Shown: one piece after another, positions 8,865 to 19,541 of the stretch | Layout: every line of letters starts with the position of its first letter | Position numbering within the stretch: position 1 is the stretch's first letter | Source of the DNA: an uncultured virus (IMG/VR IMGVR_UViG_3300035698_015449) | Taxonomy: Duplodnaviria; Heunggongvirae; Uroviricota; Caudoviricetes | Strand: one strand, 5' to 3' | IMG/VR virus record: IMGVR_UViG_3300035698_015449 | Length of the DNA: 64,000 bases | Program-made: the position numbers and the translations under genes | Notes under the pieces: model-generated | Told to the model about the DNA's origin: nothing | Databases searched by the model: none | Seen by the model: only the letters and a program-made list of their open reading frames with translations

Positions 8865-10562
8865 TTAAAGCAACTCAATGTCAACTGCACTAAGCTCAAA
8901 GGAGAAGAAGTAGTTGGAAGGATCTTGAGTTTTTTGAGGGAAGCTGAAGATTAGATCGATCTTACGACCTTCTATTTCAGTACCACAGGGCGGAGAAAAC
9001 GTCTTAAAAGAGTGCGGAATTACATAGCCATCCTTCTCAACAGAGAACTTTAATAAACGCCATGTATCCTTCTCTATTAAGTTTGCCTCTATAACGTTCA
9101 CCCCCGACAATTTAAACAAAGGTTGCGGGTTGTTAACAGGGCAATACGGAGACATACGGTCTATTAAGACTCTACATATCTTAGGCGTAACAACCTTGGG
9201 CTTTAACTTGGCATCAAAGTATCGTATGTCATCGCTTTCAATTTCATGTTTATCTAAATACTCTTTGCAGGCTTTGTTGAAGATAATAGGAGCCTGATCA
9301 ATATATTCATCTTTGATTGTGGCTCCAACAGCGGCAGCATGACCACCGTACTTCTCAAACATATATGCACATTCGTCTAGAATTTCTTTTACGTTGATGC
9401 CCTGTACTGACCTACCGCTACCTTTCCATGCCCCATTATGATAACCAATAACCAACGAAGGCTTATTAAAAGTTTCAGCTATACGAGAAGCTACAATCCC
9501 TACAACGCCTATATGCCAATCTCTACCATATGTCAGGATTCCGTGCGAAAATTGTTCTGACTCTGCAATGGCTACAGCTTCTACCTCTATCTTCTTTTGA
9601 ACCTGTTTGCGCTCGTCGTTATATGTGGTGATATAAGACGCCAACTTGTCAGCAGTAGTTACATCTCTTTCCGTGAGTAATCCCAAAACAACATCGGGGT
9701 GATACATTCTGCCAACTGCGTTAATCTTAGGAGCGATTCTAAATGATATATCCTCTTGGGTTAATGCCGTGGGATGTATTTTGGTCTGTTTAAGCAAAGA
9801 ATGCAACCCAACCGCATTTACATGATTCAGTGCGTATTCTGTCAACCCATTCTTTACGAGTACACGGTTGTCTCCGATAATGGGGCTAACATCTGCAATG
9901 GTTCCAATGGCTGCATATGCTAGGAATTCAATAGGGTTGACTCGCTTAGTAATCCATCGAATTCCTCTTATGAACTGAAAGACCTCTCCGCAAGCGCACA
10001 TCTCATTGTAGTTTTCAGACAAATGCCATGTTACCAAAGCGTCAGCATTCAGAGCAAGTTTCCCCTCTACTCCAGTATGGTGATCTATAACGATGATTTT
10101 GGAGATCCCCATTGCTCTTAATTCTTCAATCTCTTTACAACTATTCATCCCACAGTCAGTAATGAAAAGAAGATCCGGAATCTCAGGTATCTTTTCGGAG
10201 AACGCCTGTATAGTCTTTTCATTCAATCCATATCCGTGCTCCAACCTTGAAGGAAGAAATACTGTGCATTCTAGATCGAAGACCTTGCATAACTCGCTGA
10301 GCATGGTGCTGCTTATGATTCCGTCGCAGTCATAATCCCCAATAACAGCAACCTTTCCTTTGTCTAGTGCTACATCGCAAAAGATTTTTGCTGCCTTTTC
10401 AACATCATGCAACATATGCGGATGCGACAACCCTTGGTAATCAGCATCTAAATTGTCAGGCTCAATATCTCTCTGAGACAACAAACGAGAGACCAACTTA
10501 TGCTCACCTGCGTCAATGAATTGCGTCTCTTTCTCTTTACTATACTCTTTTTGTTTCCACAT
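8865..10562 (-). CDS. recJ: RecJ ssDNA exonuclease (DHH family)
   Basis: GDYDCDG, ITDCG, IDHH, GTIADV, GSGRS, GGHAAAVG; start moved to ATG 10562 (GGGAG SD). Confidence 0.93.
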   Translation of the reverse strand: MWKQKEYSKEKETQFIDAGEHKLVSRLLSQRDIEPDNLDADYQGLSHPHMLHDVEKAAKIFCDVALDKGKVAVIGDYDCDGIISSTMLSELCKVFDLECTVFLPSRLEHGYGLNEKTIQAFSEKIPEIPDLLFITDCGMNSCKEIEELRAMGISKIIVIDHHTGVEGKLALNADALVTWHLSENYNEMCACGEVFQFIRGIRWITKRVNPIEFLAYAAIGTIADVSPIIGDNRVLVKNGLTEYALNHVNAVGLHSLLKQTKIHPTALTQEDISFRIAPKINAVGRMYHPDVVLGLLTERDVTTADKLASYITTYNDERKQVQKKIEVEAVAIAESEQFSHGILTYGRDWHIGVVGIVASRIAETFNKPSLVIGYHNGAWKGSGRSVQGINVKEILDECAYMFEKYGGHAAAVGATIKDEYIDQAPIIFNKACKEYLDKHEIESDDIRYFDAKLKPKVVTPKICRVLIDRMSPYCPVNNPQPLFKLSGVNVIEANLIEKDTWRLLKFSVEKDGYVIPHSFKTFSPPCGTEIEGRKIDLIFSFPQKTQDPSNYFFSFELSAVDIELL

Positions 10563-10675
10563 AGTCTTACTCCCTTTCTCAAGATATATTATACAGTTTA
10601 TGAGGAAATATAAAGGACTTATAATCGTTGAAAAGGAATAAAACCTTACGGTTGTCGGCCCAATGAAGGGGTATG

Positions 10676-10733
10676 TGTAAAGGAATCCGACACCTTGTAA
10701 AGAAATCCGACACCTTGTAAAGAAATCCGACAC
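10676..10733 (+). repeat. Tandem repeat, about 2.9 copies of 20 bp (TGTAAAG[G/A]AATCCGACACCT)
   Basis: Read directly in the leader of the 10752 gene. Confidence 0.9.
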
Positions 10734-10751
10734 AAATAAAGGAGAAGAACT

Positions 10752-11069
10752 ATGTCAAAGATTATCAAGAAGAGAGTGCGTTGGACAGCTTCGGCTGCAT
10801 CTGATGTTGTTGGTTACAAAGTGTATTGGTCAAAAGAAGCGAACGGTACGCCGGACTATAATGCAAATAATGTTCAAGTCGATGGGACTCAAGTTGTGTT
10901 TCCCGATGACGCTCCAACATTCCCTGTAGCAGATGAGGACAACTATATCTTAGGCGTTGCTGCCATCGATGACGTAGGCAACGAATCAGACATGGCTGTA
11001 ACTCCCCCTGTCCCTTTCGACTTCAATGCGCCCGATGCCCCAAGCGCCGTTATCACAGAAAATATATAA
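10752..11069 (+). CDS. Fibronectin type III-like single-domain protein
   Basis: W.AS.ASDVVGYKVYW...Y.LGVAAIDDVGNESD pattern. Confidence 0.75.
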   Translation: MSKIIKKRVRWTASAASDVVGYKVYWSKEANGTPDYNANNVQVDGTQVVFPDDAPTFPVADEDNYILGVAAIDDVGNESDMAVTPPVPFDFNAPDAPSAVITENI

Positions 11070-11162
11070 GATGGCTCGGCGTTTTACTCTGTAAGATGAA
11101 AATAAAAATACACAAATGTGGATTTGGGAAGTAACTCTCCCAAATCGACCTTAAGGACAACT

Positions 11163-11624
11163 ATGAAAAATATACTTATTTTACTACTGGCATTTACTCT
11201 TTCAACCTTCTCCATTGCAGATACTAATGGCTTAGATTCATTCAGTGGAGAACTTTATTTCATTAACACAAATACAATTCAAATAGCTTGGGACGCTGCT
11301 CCCGGCGCTAATGGAGACGGCTATTATGAATTCGCATCATGGTGGATTGACCCTACTTCCAATATGTACTATTCCGTTACCAATGTCGATCTAACGACAA
11401 CGAATGTATTTGTTCCCCGAATTAAAACAGGTCACTTCTCATATGGAGTCCGCTATGTAGACATCCAAACCGTAACTAATGCAGCAGTTAGTCAATCATT
11501 TACAAATGCTAGCGACTGGTGTCTTTCAAACAGTACTAACGCTTGGCAAAAAATAGCTCAAACAAATGGCCCTTGGATAGTTTATTGGAAAGTCCCACCG
11601 CCTACAGGAATTATTATCGACTAG
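11163..11624 (+). CDS. Secreted FN3/Ig-like protein with signal peptide
   Basis: MKNILILLLAFTLSTFSIA signal; IAWDAAPG...YYEF...YGVRYV. Confidence 0.6.
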   Translation: MKNILILLLAFTLSTFSIADTNGLDSFSGELYFINTNTIQIAWDAAPGANGDGYYEFASWWIDPTSNMYYSVTNVDLTTTNVFVPRIKTGHFSYGVRYVDIQTVTNAAVSQSFTNASDWCLSNSTNAWQKIAQTNGPWIVYWKVPPPTGIIID

Positions 11625-11641
11625 TGCTGTATAATAGCACA

Positions 11642-11941
11642 ATGAAAAGGACGACTCAAAAAGCTCGTAAGGCGATTAACAGATCAGGGAAGAATCCTTG
11701 TCAGATCTGCGGTAAGCCTAACATTCTTCAAACTCACCATATTGAAGGTCGAGACATTATTCGTCCCCATCATCCATCTAATTTAGTTGACGTATGCCCA
11801 AATTGTCATGGAGATATACATTGGGGTGAAGTTATCATAGAACGGTGGGTAATGACTTGCCATGGTTTAGATCTTATATGGCATAAAAAAGGTGAAGACA
11901 GTATGACAGGAGATGAAGCCGTTCCGCATATTATTGGTTAA
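11642..11941 (+). CDS. Small HNH endonuclease
   Basis: CQICG...THHI...NLVDVCPNCHGDIH; ATG 6 nt after TGTATAAT (probably leaderless). Confidence 0.8.
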   Translation: MKRTTQKARKAINRSGKNPCQICGKPNILQTHHIEGRDIIRPHHPSNLVDVCPNCHGDIHWGEVIIERWVMTCHGLDLIWHKKGEDSMTGDEAVPHIIG

Positions 11942-12590
11942 TCCATTTATCTTTATTTAACCACCCTTCTGACAACCATTCAGCGTATTTATCATGATCA
12001 TTACCATACCAACCACAAGCAAAAGGCTCATTCGCTTCTACTAACGTTAATTTACCATTACACATTCCAAAATCTACTGCTGCAAAATAGTCTTTAGGTA
12101 AATCAATATGATCAATGGATGGTGCAGGAGGTACATCTATTTCGTTTCCGTGATACCACTCAGCAATTACCACCTTGCCATGAGCAATGTAATACCGCCA
12201 TTCGTTCTCAAAAGAAACGATATCGCTACACCAGTAAGGCCCCTTCTTTTTATCTCTATACGTTCCGTGAGTTATAAATCCTGTAAATCGTTTATGTTTA
12301 TCAGAAGGCTTAATGAATACTTTCTTTCCTAAAGGCCATTGATCCGTTTCCCATACTCGTCTATTTAAATATGGTTGTAAAAATTGAGGATAATGATTTG
12401 GGGTTATCGCTTGCCCTAAAATAGAAGATATCCATTGAACCGACCCACAAGGTATATGTCCTTCTAGGATATCAATTGGAGACTCTACTTTTCTAAAGGG
12501 TATTTGATTCAATGAACAATATACAGCAATTGCCATTTCCTCTTTACCAGTGTACCCTTTTTGAATTATAAAACCTTTGATATCTTTCAT
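11931..12590 (-). CDS. ATP-grasp domain protein (DUF4343/R2K-like)
   Basis: VFIKPS...KRFTG, ENEWRYYI, VDFG...LVEANEPFACGWYG; start uncertain. Confidence 0.7.
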   Translation of the reverse strand: MKDIKGFIIQKGYTGKEEMAIAVYCSLNQIPFRKVESPIDILEGHIPCGSVQWISSILGQAITPNHYPQFLQPYLNRRVWETDQWPLGKKVFIKPSDKHKRFTGFITHGTYRDKKKGPYWCSDIVSFENEWRYYIAHGKVVIAEWYHGNEIDVPPAPSIDHIDLPKDYFAAVDFGMCNGKLTLVEANEPFACGWYGNDHDKYAEWLSEGWLNKDKWINQ

Positions 12591-12756
12591 AACACTTCTC
12601 ATTGCATAGGTTGATAGCTGACAGGTTACTAAATATATGATTGGCACAAGGTTGGAATTTGTGCAGTGAATATACTGTTATTTTTTTGGGCGGGTGGAAG
12701 CAAAGCTCCAAGGCCACAGGCGGTTTTGTCAGCGTAACCGAGAACCACATTATCAG

Positions 12757-13749
12757 CTATATATCTTTTGTTTTCCTTCTTGCATTAAATACTTGTTCGC
12801 AATAATATACAAATAAATCTTCTGACATGTTTCGTTTCATTATGTTAATGTCTCGATGTATCCATTGGACATTATCATGAGAGTATCCCTTGTTACTATC
12901 TATTCGGTCTAAAGATGCTGTATTTATACCGTGATTTTTTGTGTAATCTGAAACCATATCTATATCTAATCCAGATAAAGCGCACTTTTTATTCTGTTGT
13001 AGAAATAAATTCCATGCATCTTCTATAGTAATAGAAACCACAAGATTTCGTTTTTTCGCCCCTCTAACTACAGTTGACCAATATCTTCCACTTAATTTCC
13101 CAACCCCTTTCCAATTAACATTGTGTCTATGGCATCCGCAAGAAGTAGTCGCTTTGTGAATTAAAGAGGATCTTATAACCTCAACAGTATTTCCACATTC
13201 ACATTGGCATAACCATTTAGCTGCGGTATTATCACTACTATTATGGACTTTTTTTATTACCGTTAATTTCCCATATTTTTCACTAACCATATCTATAAGA
13301 TTATGACCACCAGCATGCCCTTTCGGTTTCATTTGTATTTCAAACTTTAGAATCCAAGATCTAACCGCATCGTAACTGACATCATATTTTTCGGCTATGT
13401 CGTCTATTCTTTCATTGTTTAAAACGTACATATTATATAGTTCGACTTTAGTTGGTTTTATTTTTTTTTTCCACAATCCATTCCTTTTTAATGCTTCCAC
13501 AACACATGCGCAACTTACATCAAACATATCTCCTATTTTTCGAGTAGACATTCCCCTGTTTTTATATAGGTCTTTTAAAGTCTTAAGATCAGTAAATGGA
13601 GGATTCCCTTTTCTTGGAATACCGTATTTTCTTAATTTAACGATAACCGCATGTCCTTTAACTCCATACATTGCTCCTATTTCAGTAGTTGACTTGCCAT
13701 TTATTACATACAAATTATACAAATCGTCCTTATTAATTTTTAATTTCAT
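12757..13749 (-). CDS. HNH-type homing endonuclease with repeated N-terminal HTH modules
   Basis: GKLTVI...WLCQCECG...SCGC; KCALSG...SLDRIDSNKGY..DNVQWIH..IN.MK. Confidence 0.85.
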   Translation of the reverse strand: MKLKINKDDLYNLYVINGKSTTEIGAMYGVKGHAVIVKLRKYGIPRKGNPPFTDLKTLKDLYKNRGMSTRKIGDMFDVSCACVVEALKRNGLWKKKIKPTKVELYNMYVLNNERIDDIAEKYDVSYDAVRSWILKFEIQMKPKGHAGGHNLIDMVSEKYGKLTVIKKVHNSSDNTAAKWLCQCECGNTVEVIRSSLIHKATTSCGCHRHNVNWKGVGKLSGRYWSTVVRGAKKRNLVVSITIEDAWNLFLQQNKKCALSGLDIDMVSDYTKNHGINTASLDRIDSNKGYSHDNVQWIHRDINIMKRNMSEDLFVYYCEQVFNARRKTKDI

Positions 13750-13786
13750 TCTAACCTCCCGTATATGGTATTAAGTTCACGGAAAG

Positions 13787-14965
13787 TTATTCTGTTAAGT
13801 TTGCATCAAAACCTTCTTTTAAAAATATATCCATTATAGACTCATACAACGCATTAACTTTTCCTCTATCAACTTCGTTAGGAAGCACAGATTTACTATA
13901 TGTTTCATATAATAGTTCAGTTCTATGGTTAACCTCTTTCATGATTTCATCGTAAGAGAACTCCCCATTACGAACTCTCATCAAATATTCTCTCTCATCA
14001 CCATCAAACCGAACAATTGGTTCCCCAAACTTCAGCATATTTTCCCCAGACATCAATAATCTTAATGAATGCATAATATTCTTGCAATCGTAATCTATCA
14101 ATCCCTGTTCTTGTGATAAAAATCTATTTGGGTTTCTATTTTGAACCCAATCCCAATATGAGTGCCAATCCTTTAGAGCCTTATCGTACTCGTTCTTGTC
14201 GTAGATAAGCAATCCCTTAATCTTATCCCACTCGTCTTCCTTAGGGATTGATTCGCATACAAGCATATCGTCGCCCCTGAATACACCCTTGGCAGCATCA
14301 CCATAATGATACAGCCTATATTGATTATGTGCATGTTCTAAAGAAGCAACATGACATTTTGACAAATCAATATTAGTATCCTTTAGGGGAACGGGTCGGA
14401 AAGGATACAACCCATTAAAAGTCCACCCATTCCCTCCACGTGGTATATCTCCCGTGATGGTATGCTTTATATTAAGATTCTTCAATAGCATGACCCTGCA
14501 AAAGTCTTCCTTAACGGGCATCTCTTTGGGACAAGGGTTATGTACCTTTTTATTAGCTCCTTTCGCCTTTTTAATTTGGGCAATCGCATATTGAGCATGA
14601 GAATGATAAGCCTGTTTTGTAATAAATAAGCCTCTATTTTCAAATAAAATATCCAAAATTTGGTGGTTAAATGTTCTTATACAGTCTTCAGGCATCCACA
14701 ACAATTCTATAAAATTAGGATTTGCTTTTGACAATAATTCAAACGCCCGATAAAGACTATAAAACACTATGTCATTTTTGTCGTCATTTATTTGACTTGT
14801 TTGAGGTGTAACAGGAGGATTCAAACTAACATATTCCTTTGGCGAAACCCAATAGAATCCTCTTATATCCGTATCAGAATTTTTATTGTGTAGATTATAG
14901 GCTCTACTGCCAACAACTGTTTCGTAAATAATTAATCCGCTTTTTTCTAGTTGTTTTAAATTCAT
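13787..14965 (-). CDS. Predicted nucleotidyltransferase (DNA pol beta superfamily)
   Basis: VVGSRAYNL...SDTDIRG, ANPNFIELL, YDCKNIMHSLRLL; start moved to 14965. Confidence 0.8.
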   Translation of the reverse strand: MNLKQLEKSGLIIYETVVGSRAYNLHNKNSDTDIRGFYWVSPKEYVSLNPPVTPQTSQINDDKNDIVFYSLYRAFELLSKANPNFIELLWMPEDCIRTFNHQILDILFENRGLFITKQAYHSHAQYAIAQIKKAKGANKKVHNPCPKEMPVKEDFCRVMLLKNLNIKHTITGDIPRGGNGWTFNGLYPFRPVPLKDTNIDLSKCHVASLEHAHNQYRLYHYGDAAKGVFRGDDMLVCESIPKEDEWDKIKGLLIYDKNEYDKALKDWHSYWDWVQNRNPNRFLSQEQGLIDYDCKNIMHSLRLLMSGENMLKFGEPIVRFDGDEREYLMRVRNGEFSYDEIMKEVNHRTELLYETYSKSVLPNEVDRGKVNALYESIMDIFLKEGFDANLTE

Positions 14966-14970
14966 AATCT

Positions 14971-15123
14971 TTACTCGTCGTCTTCGCAGGTGCATCTAAC
15001 GCCCCGCAATGCCAAAATTATCTCTCGGATTCCCTCAAAAATCAACCCTATCAAAATGATACAGCCGATAAAATGCCAAAACCCTGTAAACATAAACTGA
15101 AGCGCCATAATTAGATATTCCAT
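14971..15123 (-). CDS. Small membrane protein (50 aa; not in ORF track)
   Basis: MEYLIMALQFMFTGFWHFIGCIILIGLIF...; TAATG coupling to the upstream gene. Confidence 0.55.
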   Translation of the reverse strand: MEYLIMALQFMFTGFWHFIGCIILIGLIFEGIREIILALRGVRCTCEDDE

Positions 15124-15602
15124 TACTTCTCCTTTTCGTACTCTACCTTAACGTCAGAATGGCTCTCCCAAAATTCATCTTCAATCGCTCGCTTCAAGCC
15201 TTGCGTTCTGTCATAATTATTCTTAATGCCTTTTGACACGCCATGAACAGTCAATGTTGAATCACGTTTGGAGAAGAATATTCGAACCCACCCATAATTT
15301 AATAGTTTTTGAGCGGCTCTGTATCTTAGGTCATCCCAAGCCATCTCATATGCATGCCATCCGCCGCCTTCCTCTTCACAAACCTTCTCCCCCGCTTCCG
15401 TCTCAGCTTCCAAATCAAGGTAGTTCTCTTCAAACCAAAGAGAAAGCCTCTGATAGCTTGGCTTATTTTGAATGAATGTGCGAGCAAAACCCAAGTGATC
15501 ATAGCTCTCTACTATAAGTACCTCGCCCTTATCTGTAACCCATCCAGTTACACCATAAGATTGTTTTCGGATTTCATCTGTAAATGTTTCAAATATACTC
15601 AT
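15123..15602 (-). CDS. Hypothetical protein
   Basis: ORF behind a TTGCAA-N17-TATGAT promoter. Confidence 0.65.
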   Translation of the reverse strand: MSIFETFTDEIRKQSYGVTGWVTDKGEVLIVESYDHLGFARTFIQNKPSYQRLSLWFEENYLDLEAETEAGEKVCEEEGGGWHAYEMAWDDLRYRAAQKLLNYGWVRIFFSKRDSTLTVHGVSKGIKNNYDRTQGLKRAIEDEFWESHSDVKVEYEKEK

Positions 15603-15661
15603 AGATACCCCAATCGTTAGGAGTATCATAGCAGATACGGGTAGGATTTGCAAGAGAATTC

Positions 15662-15907
15662 TTAGTTGATTTCTATATACTTAACGTCAGCGAAATGGAG
15701 TTTTTCGGCAAACATTTGGATTCTCGTTTTGGGGGCGCTACACTTCAAACCGCCCTCTATAGGTTGGACTCTGATCCCATAATGTCTAGCAACGTTCATT
15801 ATGTTACCGAACTTAAAAAAGTTTCTACCATACCTAAAATCTGTAAGATGCTTGGCAGTAGATGCTTGCACTAATATTGTTACCTCATTTTGTTTCGGTT
15901 TGGTCAT
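15662..15907 (-). CDS. Hypothetical protein
   Basis: Clean ORF. Confidence 0.55.
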   Translation of the reverse strand: MTKPKQNEVTILVQASTAKHLTDFRYGRNFFKFGNIMNVARHYGIRVQPIEGGLKCSAPKTRIQMFAEKLHFADVKYIEIN

Positions 15908-15977
15908 GGTAAATCATTCATTAGAAGGTCAGGTAATCCCTTTTACTGAATGAATCACTAAATAATGGGAGGTCAAT

Positions 15978-16283
15978 ATGGCTTATAGCAAAGCGCAGTT
16001 ATACAGGATAACTAGTCGCCTATACCAAGAGTTGAAAGACAATCCTAAAGGCATTGTGCTCAGAAAGATGCGTGGTTTTCACGGAGAATACGACCCTGTG
16101 ACTGACGCAATATCGCTCGACTATAGAAAAGTGCTATTACCTACCCTTATCCATGAATACCTACATAAATGGAATCCAGATAAATGCGAGACATGGATAC
16201 TTCAAAACGAAACAGCCATAGTTCACGCACTAACCGTTAAACAGATCAAAAACATCATCAGGGCTTTAGGGAAATCTATTTGA
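15978..16283 (+). CDS. Small HExxH zinc-metallopeptidase-like protein
   Basis: TLIHEYLH; GGGAGG SD; sigmaH-like promoter. Confidence 0.6.
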   Translation: MAYSKAQLYRITSRLYQELKDNPKGIVLRKMRGFHGEYDPVTDAISLDYRKVLLPTLIHEYLHKWNPDKCETWILQNETAIVHALTVKQIKNIIRALGKSI

Positions 16284-16776
16284 TTGATACCATTACTTGC
16301 TGACGCCTTTTCTCTTCCCCTTTGTCATGAGATATCGTTTTGCGCCACTCTCCAAGGCTCATTAGCGTTCCTTGAATAGCATTCCAATCGTTCATCCCAA
16401 CAAAACCCGCTTTGTCCTCAAGCATAATGTCAAAATAGAACTTGTCTTTGAACGAACATAACTCATTATCGGGTGATTCAGGGTTCTCATTAATATAGTC
16501 GAACTTGATGCCAAATCCATCCATCCACTCTAAAATGTCTTTGATGGAATCGACATGACTCGACGTAAACAGGATCAAACACATGTCTTCCCTGCCCGTC
16601 AGCCACTTCAGAACATCTTCCGCATGAGGATAGAACTGCCGACCTTCATTCTTCTTAGTGTAAGTGCCGGGTATGATCACGTCATGAAGATCAATAGCCC
16701 AATACATCTTCGGCCATTTGTCCCATCCTCTACGGAGCTTCTTCTCAAAAGCAGTCTTTATTGCATCATTAATCAT
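16276..16776 (-). CDS. HAD-superfamily-like phage protein
   Basis: AIDLHDVI, LFTSS, FDYINENPE, DIMLEDKAGF. Confidence 0.7.
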   Translation of the reverse strand: MINDAIKTAFEKKLRRGWDKWPKMYWAIDLHDVIIPGTYTKKNEGRQFYPHAEDVLKWLTGREDMCLILFTSSHVDSIKDILEWMDGFGIKFDYINENPESPDNELCSFKDKFYFDIMLEDKAGFVGMNDWNAIQGTLMSLGEWRKTISHDKGEEKRRQQVMVSIK

Positions 16777-17234
16777 TACATTTCCTCGTAAAAATCATCC
16801 CGTACATGGCTTCCAAAGCATTCGTATCTATTGAACGAGAAACTATTGCTTGCCTCCAAACCTTCCGCACTCCTTAGAAACTTACATGCGTCAATTAAAC
16901 GTTGCAACTCTCTTTTGCCAACGGGAAGCTGCACATGAATAGGGCATTGACTATCTTTGTTGAAACACGCTTCATTGTCCACTCCAATGAGGATCTGATC
17001 TTGAGCGAAGTTCATCACGTAATATCCTGTAAAATATTCTGTCGTAACTCGCCCTGATAGAACATTATCGTAGCAATACGGACTATCTAAAGTAAACACT
17101 TCTGCTATCTCTTGAGACAGTTCCTCTAACTGAGATCTAATCTCCGCAGTAAGAGGTAATGCTTCAGGACATACCACAGAACCGTGTTCTGCCCGTTTTT
17201 CAGCCCTTAGTTTTCTTTTTTGTTTTCCATTCAT
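16776..17234 (-). CDS. Hypothetical protein
   Basis: ORF behind TTGTAA-N17-TATAGT. Confidence 0.6.
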   Translation of the reverse strand: MNGKQKRKLRAEKRAEHGSVVCPEALPLTAEIRSQLEELSQEIAEVFTLDSPYCYDNVLSGRVTTEYFTGYYVMNFAQDQILIGVDNEACFNKDSQCPIHVQLPVGKRELQRLIDACKFLRSAEGLEASNSFSFNRYECFGSHVRDDFYEEM

Positions 17235-17381
17235 GATGAGATACTATATCATAACCGTTTACAAATTACAAGGACTATTTTTCGTCGTCCATTGCCAACC
17301 ATATCATAAACAGAATCACCCATAACAAAGTGTCAATCCCTGTGAATAAAGTGATAACGATGAACCATCCTAGTAAAGTTT

Positions 17382-19232
17382 TCATACTTTCATCCACTTA
17401 GGAAGACTTGTTTTCCCCGAAGGGTCTAACTCAGGGATCAACGCCAATCTTGAAATAGCTTTCTCATGATATTTCTCTGACATTTCAAACCCGATATAGT
17501 GTCGTCCCATCTTCTTTGCTACAGCACAAGTCGTTCCCGCTCCTGAAAATGTATCGAGAACAACATCACCCTCATAAGTCAATTGATCAATTAAACGTCT
17601 TGGCAACTCTTCAGGAAAACAATTACCCGTTATGAATACTCTACCGTTTCTTCTTGCGACAAACGTTCCATTCCCTTCGACCATAGGACACCACATTTTT
17701 CCGTCATAACTTACTGTTTTCAGTATACTACCTTTTGAGTTTCTTAATAGTTTGTGTTTCTTTCGAGTTAGTTCAACATACCCGCATCCTGATTTTTGGT
17801 CTTTTGTTGGCGAAAAATAAGCATCATAACCTAAAACGACCCCAATACCTTGAACCGACTTCAAAACTTCATTATCTTTTTGAACGACAATTATGTTACC
17901 TTTACTTCTCTTTGAACCATCTGCACCCGCAAGACCCTGTAAAAAAGCTTCCAACAAATCGTGTGGCCATGCTAAGATATTGTCAGGGATTTTTTTAAGC
18001 GGGTAAGAACATAAGCTCTTGATAGCATCCCTTATACGCCCTTTTATGCTAAATGCGATATGAGAAGATGTTTTAGAATTATCATAAGTGTGTTTTCGAA
18101 CCCTTTCATTTTCTTTGAAATCTGCATCTACATTAAATAACCTATTCCTTAAATCATCAGATTTCTCTTTATTTGCACTTAATGATTGGTCAATAACAAC
18201 TGTATAAACTTTTCCGTTTTTATCTTTTTTATAATGCCCATCTCCTATAAAAAATCCAATTATATATGCCATATCTTTGCTACATACGATCTCTCCATTA
18301 AAAAGAGCCTTGTCCTTCAATAATAATGGATCATTAGACACCCATTTTGCCGAACATGGGATTTTATGATGCCCTTTTAAATCTCTAGCTAGTGTAATTT
18401 CTATATTTTTGTCTTTCTTTAAACACCGATGTATTGGACTTAGCAACATATTTAAGTGTCGTCCATTAACCGATATCGCCTCTCCTGTGTGATCATAAAC
18501 TGTAGTGTAAACGTTCTCCTTCCATTCCAAACCATTTTTTTCTATATTAAAAGACGCAACTAAATCTCCAATTTGAATTTCATTATACTTTTTCCATCCA
18601 CCCATTGTTAAACATTCTGTAGCGACATCGACACAAGCAGGATGATCGTACTTTTTCATCATTGAGGTTTCGGGTGGGAACTTCCACATTGCCCTTGAAT
18701 TACGAATGAAATTCTCTCCTGATACTGTAATCTTAGACTTGTCTCCCGCATGTATGGTTGTACCTTTTGCGACAACTATGATGAACTCAAACTGTGTTGG
18801 AAAGGACGGGCAAGAAGGAGACTGCCAAGATCCCCAAGCGGTAGATGACCCAATTTGATTCTTGTCCCAAATGATAGTGGTCATCATTTTGAATCGTTCT
18901 TCTAGATCCATCGACAAAAGCATATGTGTAAAATCTACATGCGTTGGAACAGAACCGTTTGCTCCATCCCCGATGTTAACGCATAACCTGCCCCCTGTCT
19001 TGAGGACTCTGTGGCATTCAGTGAATAGTTTTCCTATCCATTCGAGATACTCATCGTATGGCATGTTGTCATCATACGTATCATATTTGTCTTTCTTGTG
19101 CTTGTTGCCAATTCCTAATGACACATTATACGGAGGACTAGTAACTATCAGGTCTACCTCATTATCAGGTATTTTGTGTATAAGATCTTCCCACTTGTCG
19201 TGATATACATTGTCTTTAACGATATCTTTCAT
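17382..19232 (-). CDS. N4-C/N6-A DNA methyltransferase (beta class) with a cis-intein
   Basis: TSPPY, HPA|intein|CFPEEL, VLDTFSGAGTT. Confidence 0.92.
   Translation of the reverse strand: MKDIVKDNVYHDKWEDLIHKIPDNEVDLIVTSPPYNVSLGIGNKHKKDKYDTYDDNMPYDEYLEWIGKLFTECHRVLKTGGRLCVNIGDGANGSVPTHVDFTHMLLSMDLEERFKMMTTIIWDKNQIGSSTAWGSWQSPSCPSFPTQFEFIIVVAKGTTIHAGDKSKITVSGENFIRNSRAMWKFPPETSMMKKYDHPACVDVATECLTMGGWKKYNEIQIGDLVASFNIEKNGLEWKENVYTTVYDHTGEAISVNGRHLNMLLSPIHRCLKKDKNIEITLARDLKGHHKIPCSAKWVSNDPLLLKDKALFNGEIVCSKDMAYIIGFFIGDGHYKKDKNGKVYTVVIDQSLSANKEKSDDLRNRLFNVDADFKENERVRKHTYDNSKTSSHIAFSIKGRIRDAIKSLCSYPLKKIPDNILAWPHDLLEAFLQGLAGADGSKRSKGNIIVVQKDNEVLKSVQGIGVVLGYDAYFSPTKDQKSGCGYVELTRKKHKLLRNSKGSILKTVSYDGKMWCPMVEGNGTFVARRNGRVFITGNCFPEELPRRLIDQLTYEGDVVLDTFSGAGTTCAVAKKMGRHYIGFEMSEKYHEKAISRLALIPELDPSGKTSLPKWMKV
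17622..18635 (-). mobile_element. Contiguous intein (338 aa) with LAGLIDADG endonuclease domain
   Basis: Starts CVDVATE, ends ITGN followed by C(+1); IIGFFIGDG and FLQGLAGADG motifs. Confidence 0.9.
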
Positions 19233-19541
19233 TTAAAACCCTTTAAGCATCTGCTCTAACAACATCCCGAATAGGAATAAGAGACCAACGCTTACAATCC
19301 ATAGAACTAACCCGCCTGCTATGCAAAGCCCTACCCCTATCAACCATCCAAAACTCATCATAGAGTAAAAGACTAAGAAAAACAAATCCGAAAGTCCCAT
19401 CATAACAAAAACAGCAACAACCCCTAAGAAACAGGCCGTATAAATACACTCCCCAATGGATTCTCGCCATGGTCGCTTATAGTCTTTGTACTTCTCTTGA
19501 TTGATACGCTGTTGCTCTTTGACGGAAATAACTTTTTTCAT
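19233..19541 (-). CDS. Membrane protein
   Basis: Long hydrophobic segments. Confidence 0.55.
   Translation of the reverse strand: MKKVISVKEQQRINQEKYKDYKRPWRESIGECIYTACFLGVVAVFVMMGLSDLFFLVFYSMMSFGWLIGVGLCIAGGLVLWIVSVGLLFLFGMLLEQMLKGF

Noticed and set aside
10676..10733. Tandem repeat as a mini CRISPR array
   Set aside because: Units are directly adjacent with no unique spacers
10563..10733. 57-aa N-terminal extension of RecJ in the ORF track
   Set aside because: Spans promoters and the tandem repeat; SD and TGTATAAT support the start at 10562
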